A program made the translations under genes and the position numbers. Below the pieces are notes generated by a model that saw only the letters and a list, made by a program, of their open reading frames with translations, was not told the DNA's origin and did not search any database. This document shows positions 10,266-24,957 of a stretch of 64,000 nucleotides of DNA, piece after piece. Position 1 is the first letter of the stretch. Every line of letters begins with the position of its first letter. The stretch comes from Eledone cirrhosa. Lineage: Eukaryota. The stretch covers positions 17,174,001-17,238,000 of the forward strand of contig OZ024744.1 of assembly GCA_964016885.1 (NCBI GenBank), written 5' to 3'.

Positions 10266-10292
10266 CTGAAGATAAAGATGGTAACATGTACC
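9812..10292 (+). repeat. Two-copy tandem repeat with a 240-bp period, each copy containing a (TA)n tract
   Basis: TGTCGAA(A/G)CGGCTTGAGATCTGCGTCGGGG…CCACAATTC(C/A)TTCGT at 9812 and 10052; CATATACTGAAGATAAA.ATGGTAACATGTA at 10003 and 10260. Confidence 0.9.
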
Positions 10293-10854
10293 CCAGTATA
10301 ACCTGTCTCATGGTCGGGTCTAAACTGGCAACCCCACCAAGGTTTCTTGGTGAGGAGGGTGACTTTGGACATCCTGCAGGACTAAAAACAAAACCTGTCA
10401 AAGGGCAAAGGAGCTCTTAAGAGTCAATGGCCATCCAAAATCACCGGGAGAGATGACCCCTTAGACTTTGTCAAGGTAGAATTCTAGGAGAAAGAAAACT
10501 CTGATATAACACCTGCAACCCTGATGGTATCCAATGATGTTGACTCGTTCTTCTTTTTGGTAAATATCATCTTGGTTAAGAGAGTGGGACTGGCTTTGTG
10601 CAGTCCCTTTGCTCATTATAAAAGCTTCACGGCACCGGCATTGCTTTATATCTGGAGATCTCTCTGCACTTGTCGTCACATGGTACCATGGGCCCAGCAC
10701 TATGTGTCAATAATTGTCACAAGTGTAGTGTTTGTACCAGAGTTTTCATGTCTCTGGCTGGACTAAAAAGTCACACTCGTTCAGCGCATCGGTAGGGGTT
10801 CACCTACATGGATATAAAGTAGTGGCCGTACTCGAAAACGAGTTGGCAGCCACC

Positions 10855-10855
<1 letters not shown>
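10293..10855 (+). mobile_element. Unclassified interspersed-repeat fragment, possibly the 5'UTR of an RTE-type LINE
   Basis: Block of higher GC between TA tracts. CTAGGAGAAAGAAAACTCTGA resembles, from memory, RTE-associated 5' sequences. No recognisable coding motif. Confidence 0.3.
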
Positions 10856-10887
<32 letters not shown>

Positions 10888-11390
10888 ATGAAAAATTGAA
10901 CAGGGACAGAACAGAGAGGCAGTACAATAAATGTTTATTAAATTCACGCTCAGGAGAGTGGGGGGTAGGTGGGGGACGACGTTTCGGGCATAAGCCCTTC
11001 TTCAGGGGAGAAGTGTGTGGGAACAGAGTTCAAAAGGTGTGTAGGGGTGTGGTGGAGAGACATTTAGCGAAAGGAAACGGTGCGAATGAAAAATTAACAA
11101 ATAAAGACAAAAAATATAATAAATAAAAATAAAGCATGATCAAAATAGAAGGAATGAGAAAATTTAAAAATAAAGGCATGATCAAAATAAACTGAAATTA
11201 AAAGGGGAGTAAACAGGTGGTGGAAGGGTGTGGGGTGAGTAGGGGTGGTGGCGGGTGGAGTGGGGAGAGGGAGACGGGGTGTCAGAGCGGGGAGGGCTGA
11301 AGGTGGTGTGTGTGGTTAGGTGTGCGTGTGTGTGTTTGTGTGTGTATATGAAAGTGAGGGTTGGGGGAAGAACGGGGTTGCATGTTCATA
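10888..11390 (-). mobile_element. Probable PLE 3'UTR/pLTR fragment
   Basis: On the minus strand: C-rich UTR, hammerhead core (10975-11010), AATAAA (10934-10939), a pyrimidine-rich tail, then (TA)n. Confidence 0.55.
10975..11010 (-). ncRNA. Hammerhead core motif with no evident stem I
   Basis: Minus strand reads CTGAAGA-A-GGGC-TTAT-GCCC-GAAA-CGTCGTC. Confidence 0.65.
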
Positions 11391-11516
11391 TATATATGTT
11401 CATATATATATATCTATAGGAGTCGATCGACTTTCGTCAAATCGGACCGAGGAGACAATGTTTTCGACGGTCTTTCCAGTTGCTAGTACTATATACCGGT
11501 CGCAACTCCAGGTAGA

Positions 11517-11632
11517 AGGAGCAACGTGAAATAAAGTGTCAAGGGCATAACGCATCGCCCGGTCCAGGAATCGAACTCACAACCTCAAGATTGTGAATCC
11601 AATTATCTAACCACTTAGCCACACGCCTTCAC
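11517..11632 (-). mobile_element. tRNA-derived SINE 5' portion with Pol III A and B boxes
   Basis: Minus strand: GTGAAGGCGTG, A box TGGCTAAGTGG (11611-11621), B box GTTCGATTCC (11567-11576), then TGCCCTTGACACTTTATTTCACGTTGCTCC. Confidence 0.82.
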
Positions 11633-11646
11633 AATATATATATATA

Positions 11647-11716
11647 TCGAATCTGGTCCCTTATGATTTCAACATATATATGTATATATCTGTGTTTATC
11701 TCTCTTTATTATATTG

Positions 11717-11780
<64 letters not shown>

Positions 11781-11850
11781 CAATATAATAAAGAGAGATA
11801 AACACAGATATATACATATATATGTTCAAATCATAATGGACCAGATTCGA
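11647..11850. repeat. Palindrome of about 200 bp: two ~74-bp inverted arms around a (TA)n core
   Basis: TCGAATCTGGTCCCTTATGA…TATATTGAATT (11647-11720) versus AATTCAATATA…TCATAATGGACCAGATTCGA (11777-11850). Confidence 0.92.
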
Positions 11851-12168
11851 GTGAACCTGGCTGCTATTTTTAGTAGCATACGTTTTACGAGACAGGCTCG
11901 GCACTGAATGCCATGTGCGTTATTCTAAACACGCGCCTCATTTAGTCTTCTAAGACACCTAGAAGTGAAAGGTTTACTAATTCGTACATCCACTGACGAG
12001 CAATAGAATTGGTAATTCCTTTTTCTTAATTTATTCTTTTTATTACGTCTGGTAAACAGTGTTGTCCATACTTAGTATCTTTTTCACCCTAGCGAATCTG
12101 GTCCCTTATGATTTGAACACATATAGGTATATATCTGTGTTTATCTCTCTTTATTATATTGAATTATA
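11775..12168. mobile_element. MITE-like element with ~75-bp terminal inverted repeats
   Basis: 11777-11849 is the reverse complement of 12093-12165; the interior is non-coding (about 240 bp); both ends sit in TA context. Confidence 0.55.
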
Positions 12169-12335
12169 TTACACGGCCCGAAAAGTTTTGTATGCATATA
12201 TATATATATATGTATATGATAGCTGCCCCCCTTTTATCGAGTATGGCCATTGTACGATAAAGAAAATACATATATACATATGTATATATACGTACGCACA
12301 CACACACACACACGCGGGCGCGCGCGCAATAACAA

Positions 12336-12876
12336 CTATTGGTGCTGCGATCGAATGTGGTCTTTTAGACCAGTCAATGATCTAAAATGTCTTCAACAGA
12401 GTTGGCAACTAAAACATTCACTGGGAATAGTCGGCTGTGGTTGGAGTTCATGTACTTTTGCATGTCGTTTGAGCACTCCTGCCGATTTACATTGTCTACC
12501 ACATGTTTGGCAAGCATGATGAGTAGTATCTCCAAAAGCTGGCTGGTAGTCAACCACTGCTCTTACTTTATGACTGCGAAGATGACTTTCCAGTCCAGCT
12601 CTGCTTAGGCAGAGTCTCGCACATACGTTGCATGTCAGCACCATGGGAGGACCCTCGCCGTCTGGAAGTGCAACACCAATGCCTTACCTCACATTCCGCT
12701 TTACTTTCTCGTATACGATTCGAGATGTGTCAAAGGCATCTTTCCCCTTCTATACAGTTTTTCTATATTTTTTACTATCAGCGGCTACACTTTCAAATGT
12801 ATCAGCAGAGATGTCAGCGTCTTTCAAAGAGGGTTTCAAGGAATCCTTGTACCTCCTTTTGGGGTACTGCTGCAAG
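12336..12876 (-). pseudogene. C-terminal fragment of an RTE-like non-LTR retrotransposon ORF with three C2H2 zinc fingers
   Basis: One frame with stops at 12750, 12684 and 12393: [37 protein letters not shown]…CNVCARLCLSRAGLESHLRSH…CQTCGRQCKSAGVLKRHAKVH…CQLC*RHFRSLTGLKDHIRSQH. Confidence 0.8.
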
Positions 12877-12880
12877 TAAT

Positions 12881-12990
<110 letters not shown>

Positions 12991-13029
12991 CATAAATCAC
13001 TAAACCAATTTATCAATCAAGCGCTCAAA

Positions 13030-16000
13030 CACATATAGCCGCCATAAACACACCATACACACGATGTACACCATACACACCTTACACACCATACACACCA
13101 TACACACACCATACACACACCATACATACACCATACGCACCATACACACAATATACACACGATACACACGCCATACACACAACATACAGACACCATACAC
13201 ACAACATTCACACCATACACACACACATACATGCACCATACACACCATGCACACACCATACACACAATACACACACTATACAGACACCATACACACACCA
13301 TACACAACTTACACACACCATACACACGCCATACACACCATACACACACTATACACAGATCTTACACACCATACACACCTCATAAACCATACACACACCT
13401 TACACATCATAAACACACCATACACACCATACACACCATACACACAATATACACATCAAACACACACCTTACACACCCTGTAGACACCATACACACACCA
13501 TACTTACACCATACACACACCATACACACACCTTACAAAACATACACACCATACATACACCATACACACCATAAACACACCATACACACACCTTACACAC
13601 CATAAACACACCATACACACACCTTACACACCATGCACACCATACACACAACATACGCACCATACACACACCATACACACCATACACACGCAATACAAAC
13701 AACATACACACACCACATACACACCATACATACACCATACATACACCATACACACCATACACACACCATACACACACCATACACACACAATACACACAAT
13801 TTACACACCATACACACACCATAAACACCATACACACCCTACACACAGCTATACACATTTTACACACGATACACACACCATACACAAACCATACACACAC
13901 CATACACACACCATACACGCCATAAACACACCATACACAACATACACAACATGCACACATCATACACACACCATACACACACCATACACATCATACACAC
14001 ACCATAAACACACCATACACATCATACACACCATACACACACCATACACACCACACCCACAATATACACACACCATACACACATCATACACACGATACAC
14101 ACACCATAAACACCATACACACCATACACACACCATACACACGCCATACACACCATACACATAATACACACCAACATACACACCACACACACACCATACA
14201 CACACCATACACACACCTTACACACCATACACACTCCTTACACAGCATACACACACCATACACACGCCATACACACGCCATACATACACCATACATACAC
14301 CATTCACACCATACACACATCATACACACATCATACACACGATACACACACGATACACACACCATACACACATAATACACACCATACACACACCATAAAC
14401 ACCATACACACACCATAAACACCATACACACCTTACACACATTATACAGACACCATACACACACCATAAACAACATACACACACGATACACACACCATAA
14501 ACACCATACACACCATACACAAACCATACACACCATACACACCATGCACACACCATATACACACCATACACACCATACACACACCATACACACCTTACAC
14601 CCGCCATACACACACCATACACACACCATACACGCACCATACACACCATACACACCATACACACACCATACACACACCATACACACCTAGCGCACCATAC
14701 ACACACAATAGACACACGATACACACACCATACACACAACATACACACCATACACAGGCCATACAGACACCAAACATACACCATACACACTTCATACAAG
14801 CCATACACACATCATACACAACATACACCCACCATACACACCATACACACCATACACACCATACACACACAATACACACCACTACACACACCATACACAG
14901 GCCATACACACACCATATACACACTATACAAACACCATATACACACCTTACACATCATACACACTATACACTCACCATACACACCATACACACCATACAC
15001 ACCATACATACGCCATACACACACCATACACACACCATACACACACCATACATACACCATACACACACCATACACGCCATAAACACACCATACATACACC
15101 AATCACACCATACACACACCATACACATACCATATACACGCCATACACACCATTCACATACCATACACACACCATATAAAGACCATAAACAACATACACA
15201 CACCATACACACATCTTAAACACCATACATACACCATACACACACCATACACACCCTACACCCAACATACGCATCATACACAGACCATACACGCAAAATA
15301 CACACACCATACACACCATCCACACACAATACACACAACATACACACCCCATACACACACCATACATACCATAGACACATCATACACACCATACACATCA
15401 TACACACCATACACGCACCATACACACAGCATACACACACCACACTCACATACCATACACACACCATACACACATCATACACCCCATACACACACCATAC
15501 ACACCATATACTCACCATACACACAGCTATACACATTTTACACACGATACACACACCATACACAAACCATACACACACCATACACACACCATACACGCCA
15601 TAAACACACCATACACAACATACACAACATGCACACATCATACACACACCATACACACACCATACACATCATACACACACCATAAACACACCATACACAT
15701 CATACACACCATACACACACCATACACACCACACCCACAATATACACACACCATACACACATCATACACACGATACACACACCATAAACACCATACACAC
15801 CATACACACACCATACACACGCCATACACACCATACACATAATACACACCAACATACACACCACACACACACCATACACACACCATACACACACCTTACA
15901 CACCATACACACTCCTTACACAGCATACACACACCATACACACGCCATACACACGCCATACATACACCATACATACACCATTCACACCATACACACATCA

Positions 16001-19000
16001 TACACACATCATACACACGATACACACACGATACACACACCATACACACATAATACACACCATACACACACCATAAACACCATACACACACCATAAACAC
16101 CATACACACCTTACACACATTATACAGACACCATACACACACCATAAACAACATACACACACGATACACACACCATAAACACCATACACACCATACACAA
16201 ACCATACACACCATACACACCATGCACACACCATATACACACCATACACACCATACACACACCATACACACCTTACACCCGCCATACACACACCATACAC
16301 ACACCATACACGCACCATACACACCATACACACCATACACACACCATACACACATCATACACACCTAGCGCACCATACACACACAATAGAGACACGATAC
16401 ACACACCATACACACAACATACACACCATACACAGGCCATACAGACACCAAACATACACCATACACACTTCATACAAGCCATACACACATCATACACAAC
16501 ATACACCCACCATACACACCATACACACCATACACACCATACACACACAATACACACCACTACACACACCATACACAGGCCATACACACACCATATACAC
16601 ACTATACAAACACCATATACACACCTTACACATCATACACACTATACACTCACCATACACACCATACACACCATACACACCATACATACGCCATACACAC
16701 ACCATACACACACCATACACACACCATACACACACCATACACACACCATACACGCCATAAACACACCATACATACACCAATCACACCATACACACACCAT
16801 ACACATACCATATACACGCCATACACACCATTCACATACCATACACACACCATATAAAGACCATAAACAACATACACACACCATACACACATCTTAAACA
16901 CCATACATACACCATACACACACCATACACACCCTACACCCAACATACGCATCATACACAGACCATACACGCAAAATACACACACCATACACACCATCCA
17001 CACACAATACACACAACATACACACCCCATACACACACCATACATACCATAGACACATCATACACACCATACACATCATACACACCATACACGCACCATA
17101 CACACAGCATACACACACCACACTCACATACCATACACACACCATACACACATCATACACCCCATACACACACCATACACACCATATACTCACCATACAC
17201 ACAATACACACACCATACACACATCATACGCAGACCATACACATCATACACACCATAAACGCACCATACACACAGCATACATACACCATACACACTTTAC
17301 AAACCATACAAACAAAATACACACACCATTGACACACCTTACACACATCATACACACACTTTACTCACGATACACACGATACACACATCATACACACACC
17401 ATACATACCATACACACACCATACACACCATACACACCATACACAAAATACATACACAATACACACCATTCAAACACAATACCCACGCCATACACACCAT
17501 ACATACACCATACACACACCATACACACACCATACACACCATTCAAACACCATACACACGCCATAAACATCATACACACACCATACACACCATATACACA
17601 CCATAAACACGCCATACACAACATACACAGACCATACACACACCATACACACCATACACAAATCATACACACCACACACACCATACACACGCCATACACA
17701 CACCATACACACCATACACCCAACTTACACACCATACACAGGCCATACACACGACATACACACACAATACACACAACATACACACCATACACTCACCATA
17801 CAATGCATACACAGATCATACACACCATACACACACCTTACACAAAATACACACAATACACACATCATAGATACAACATACACACCATACACACAACATA
17901 CACACCATACACACATCATACACACACCATACACACAAGATACTAACCCCACTTTATACACTATACACACGCCTTACAAACCAGACACACACCTTACACA
18001 TACCATACACACACCATACACACCAAACACACACACACAATACACACACCATACACACCATACACACACCATACACAACATATACACACCATAGACACAC
18101 CATACAGACCATACACACATTATACACACACCATTAACCATAAACACCTTACCCATCATACACACGCCATACACACACCAGACACACCATACACACACCA
18201 TACACAAACCATATACACCATACACACACCTACACACCATACTCACACCATACACATATCATACACACCATTCACACATCATACACGCACAATACACACT
18301 ATACACACCACTCACACACCATACACACCACTCACACACCATACACATCATACAAACACCATACACACACCATAGATACACCTTACGCACCATACATATC
18401 ATACACACGCCATACTCACCATACAAACACCATACACAGCATATACACACCATACACGCCTCACACACATCATACACACCACACACACACCATACACACC
18501 ATACACACCATATACACACCATACATACACCATACACACAATACACACGCCATACACACACCTTACACACCATACACACATCTTACACACCATACACACA
18601 CAATACACACACCATGCACACACTATACACACCATACACCCATACACACACCATACACACAGCTTACACACACCACACACACACCATACAAACACCATAC
18701 ACACCATACACACATCTTACACACCATACACACACCATACACACCAAACACACACCATACACACATCTTACACACCATACACACAGCATACATACACCAT
18801 ATACACAACATACACACCTTAATCACACCATACACACACCAAAGACACCATACACATTATACACACTATACACACACCATACACACACTATACACACATC
18901 TTACACACCATACACACACCATACACACAACATACACACACCATACATACAAAATTCACACACTGTACACAACTTAATCACACCATACACACACTAAAGA

Positions 19001-22000
19001 CACCATACACATTATACACACTATACACACACCATACACACAGCATACACCACACACACACACACCAAACACACACCATACACACAATACACACATCTTA
19101 CGCACCATACACACACCATACACACCATACACACACCATACACACAATATACTCAGCCCATACACACACAATACACATAATACACACACCATACACACAC
19201 CATACACACATCATACACACATCATACACACACCATACACACCATACACACCTTACACACCATACACACACCATACCCACCATATACACACCATACACTC
19301 CTTACACACAATACACATCATACACATCATAGACACACCAATCACACAACATAACCACACCATACACCCCATCCACACACCATACACACCCCATACACAC
19401 CCCATACACACACCATACATACCATACACACACTATACACACCATACACATCATACACACCATACACGCACCATTCACACAGCATACACACACCACACTC
19501 ACATACCATACACACACCATACACACACCATATACACCATAAACGCACCATACACACCATACACATACCATACACCCCATACACACACCATCCACACCTT
19601 TCACACCATACACACACTTTACACATCATACACACGCCATACACACAACAGACACAATATACACACACCATACACACACCATATACACCATACACACACC
19701 TACACACCATACACACACCATACACAGATCATACAAACCATACACACATCATACACACACAATACACACTATACACACCACTCACACACCATACACACCA
19801 CTCACACACCATACACAGCATACAAACACCATACATTCACCATAGACACACCTTACGCACCATACATATCATACACACGCCATACTCACCATACACACAC
19901 CATACACACCATACACGCCAGACACACATCATACACACCACACACACACCATACACACCATACACACCATATACACACCATACACACAATACACACGCCA
20001 TACACACACCTTACACACCATACACACATCTTACACATCATACACACACAATACACACACCATGCACACACTATACACACCATACACCCATACACACACC
20101 ATACACACAAAATACACACCACATACACACACCATACACACCATATACACACCATACACACACCATACACACCATACACACATCTTACACACCATACACA
20201 CATCTTACACACCATGCACACACCATACACACCATACACAAACCATACACACACCATACACACTATACACACACCATACACACATTACACACCATACACA
20301 CATCTTACACACCATACACACACCATATACACACCATACACACCTTACACACACACCATACACACCTTACACACACCATAAATACATCATACACACCATA
20401 CACACCTTAATCACACCATACACACACCAAAGACACAATGCACATTATACACACTATACACACACCATACACACAGTTTACACACACCACACACACACCA
20501 TACAAACACCATACACACCATACACACATCTACACACCATACACACACCATACACACCAATCACACACCATACACACATCTTACACACCATAAACACACC
20601 ATACATACAAAATATACACAACATACACACCTTAATCACACCATACACACACCAAAGACACCTTACACATTATACACACTATACACACACCATACACACA
20701 CCATACACACATCTTACACACCATACACACACCATACACACACCATACATATACCATACATACACCGTTCACACACCATACACAACTTAATCACACCATA
20801 CTCACACTAAAGACACCATACACATTATACACACTATACACACACCATACACACAGCATACACCACACACACACCCACCAGACACACACCATACACACCA
20901 TACACACATCTTACGCACCATACACACACCATACACACCATACACACACCATACACACAATATACTCAGCCCATACACACACAATACACATCATACACAC
21001 ACCATACACACACCATACACACATCATACACACATCATACACACACGATACACACCATACACACCTTACACACCAAACACACACCATACACACCATATAC
21101 ACACCATACACTCCTTACACACCATACACATCATACACACACCATACACACATAATACGGACCATACACACCACTCACACACCATATACACACCATACAC
21201 AACATACACACACCATACACACACCATACACACCATACACACACCATACACAACATACACACACCATTGACACAACTTACACACACCATACACACACCAT
21301 ACACACACCATACACACACCACACAGACACCATACACACGATTCAAACACCATACACACGCCATACCCATCATACACACACCATATACACCATATGCACC
21401 ATATACACACCATACACACGCCATACACAACATACACAGACCATACACACACCATACACACCATGCACACACCATACACACCACACACACCATACACACA
21501 CCATACAGACATCTTATGCACCATACATACGCCATACACACGACATAAACACAAAATACACACACCATACACACCATACACACACAATACACACACCATA
21601 CACAACATACACACATCATACACACACCATATACACCATACACACACCTACACACCATACATACACCATACACACATCAAACACACCATACACACACAAT
21701 ACACATCATACACACCACTCACACACCATAGACACACCTTACGCACCATACACATCATACACACCACACACACACCATACACACCATACACACCATATAC
21801 ACACCATACACACAATACACACACCATACACACACATTACACATCATACACACATCTTACACACCATACACACACAATACACACACCATGCACACACCAT
21901 ACAGACCATACACACACCATACACATCTTACACACCATACACACATCTTACACACCATACACACATCTTACACACCTTACACAAACCATACACACCATAC

Positions 22001-24957
22001 TCACACCAAAGACACCATACACATTATACACACTATACACACACCATACACACACTATACACACATCTTACACACCATACACACACCATACACACAACAT
22101 ACAAACACCATACACACACCATACATACACCATACATACAGCATACACACCATGCATACAACAAAGACACCATACACATTATACACACTATACACACACA
22201 ATACACACAGCGTACACACACCACACACACACCAAACACACAATACACACACCACACACACACCAAACACACACCATACACACATCTTACACACCATACA
22301 CACACAATACACACACCATGCACACACCATACAGACCATACACACCTTACACACAACAAAGACACCATACACATTATACACACTATACACACACCATACA
22401 CACACCATACACACAGCATACACACACCACACACACACCAAACACACTATACACAACACACCCACCAAACACACACCATACACACCATACACACATCTTA
22501 CACACCATACACACACCATACACACCATACACACAACATACACACAACATACTCACCCCATACACACACCATTACACGTCATACACACACCATACACACA
22601 CCATACACACATCATACACACACCATACACACACAATACACACCATACACACCGTACACACCATACACACACCATACACACCATATATACACGTTACACA
22701 CAATACGCACCATACACACACCATACACACAGAATACGGACCATACGCACCACACACACCATACACACACCATACACACCATACACAGACCATACACACC
22801 ATACACACACCATACACACATCATACATACACCATACACACCATACACACAACAAAGACACCATACACATTATACACACTATACACAGACCATACACACA
22901 GCGTACACACACCACACACACACCATACACACCATACACACACAATACACACAACCTACTAACCCCATACACATACCATACACACAACATACACACAACA
23001 TACACACCAACACACACCATACAAACCATGCACACACTTTACACACCATACACACCATACACACACCATACACACACCATACTCACCATATACACACCTT
23101 ACACACCATGCACACCATACTAACACCATACACACACCATACCATACACACATCATACACACCATACGCACATCATACACAACATACACACACCATAGAC
23201 ACACCATACAGACCATACACACACCATACACACACCATACACACCATACTCACACTATACACAGCATACACACACGATACACACACCATACAAACACCAT
23301 ACACACCATACACACCATGCCCACACCATACAGACCATACCCACATCATACAGACCATACACTCACCAAACACACAACATACATACACCATACAAGCCAT
23401 ACACACACCATACACACATCATACACACCATACACACATCATACACACACGATACACACCATACACACCACTCACACACCAAACACACGCCATACACACC
23501 ATACACACCATATACACACCATATACGCCATACACACCACACACACACCATACAGACCATGCACACCATATACATACCATACACACAATACACACACAAT
23601 ACACACACCATATACACACCATACACACCATATACATACCATACACACAATACACACACAATATACACACCATATACACACCATACACACACCATACACA
23701 GCTTACACACCATACACACATCTTACACACCATACACACAAAATACACACCCCATACACACACCATACACACACCATAGACACACCATACGCACACCATA
23801 CACACATCTTACACACCATACACACAAAATACACACCCCATACACACACCATACACACACCATAGACACACCATACGCACACCATACACACCATACATAC
23901 ACCTTACACACCTTACACACCATACACACATATTACACACCATACACACACCATACACACACCATACACACACCATACACACCATACACACATATTACAC
24001 ACCATATACACACCATATACACACCATACACACCATACACACACCATAAATACATCATACACACCATACACACCTTAATCACACCATAACACACCATACA
24101 CACCATACACGTTATACACACTATACACACACCATACACACACCACACACCACACACACACCCACCAAACACACACCATACACACCATACAAACATCTTA
24201 CACACCATACACACACCGTACACACCATACACACACCATACATACAACATACTCACCCCATACACACACCATACACACAATACACACACGATACACACAC
24301 CATACACACTATACACACCATACACACACCTTACACATCATACACACAACCTATACACCAGACACACACCATACACACCGTATACACACATTAAACACCA
24401 TACACACCATACACACACCATACACACATAATACGGACCATACACACCACACACACACCATACACACACCATACCCACCACATACACACCATACACAGAC
24501 CATACACACCATACACACCATACACACCATACACACACCATACCTCATAAACACCTTACCCACCATACACACACTATACACACACCATACACACCAGACA
24601 CACACCAGACACACACCATACACACACGTATACACCATCCACACACCATACACAAACCAGACGCACACCATACACAGACCATACACATCATCCACACACT
24701 ATACACACCATATACACATCATACACCCATACACACAACATACACACAAAATACATAACCCATACACACACCATATACACCATACACACACCATAGACAC
24801 ATTATACACACACCATACACACACCATACACACCATACACATAATACACACCTTACACACCATACACACCATACACACCATACAAAACCATACACGCCAT
24901 ACACACGGCATACACACGACATACACACACAATACACATCCCATACACACCATACAT
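13030..24957 (+). repeat. Complex CA-rich minisatellite of about 12 kb, built from 9/11-bp units ACACCATAC and ACACACCATAC
   Basis: Direct reading; the + strand is strongly G-depleted; the HTIHTPY and VCMVC ORFs are translations of the repeat. Confidence 0.96.
13840..17203 (+). repeat. 1678-bp near-identical tandem duplication inside the minisatellite
   Basis: Seven ORF pairs are offset by exactly 1678 (for example 13960/15638, 14595/16273, 14972/16650), and the variant ACACAGCTATACACATTTTA recurs at 13843 and 15521. Confidence 0.92.

Noticed and set aside
10300-10400. Possible HDV-like ribozyme at a putative RTE 5' end (hairpins CACCAAG/CTTGGTG and TCCTGCAGGA-CTAA)
   Set aside because: I could not build P1/P3/L3 or the nested pseudoknot by eye; an RNArobo or Infernal search would be needed.
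11560-11632. Functional tRNA gene
   Set aside because: A and B boxes are present, but no acceptor stem closes and the sequence continues into a SINE-type body.
17941-17950. CTAACCCC telomere-like word (also near 22959)
   Set aside because: These are isolated single occurrences, with no (TTAGGG)n array in the window.
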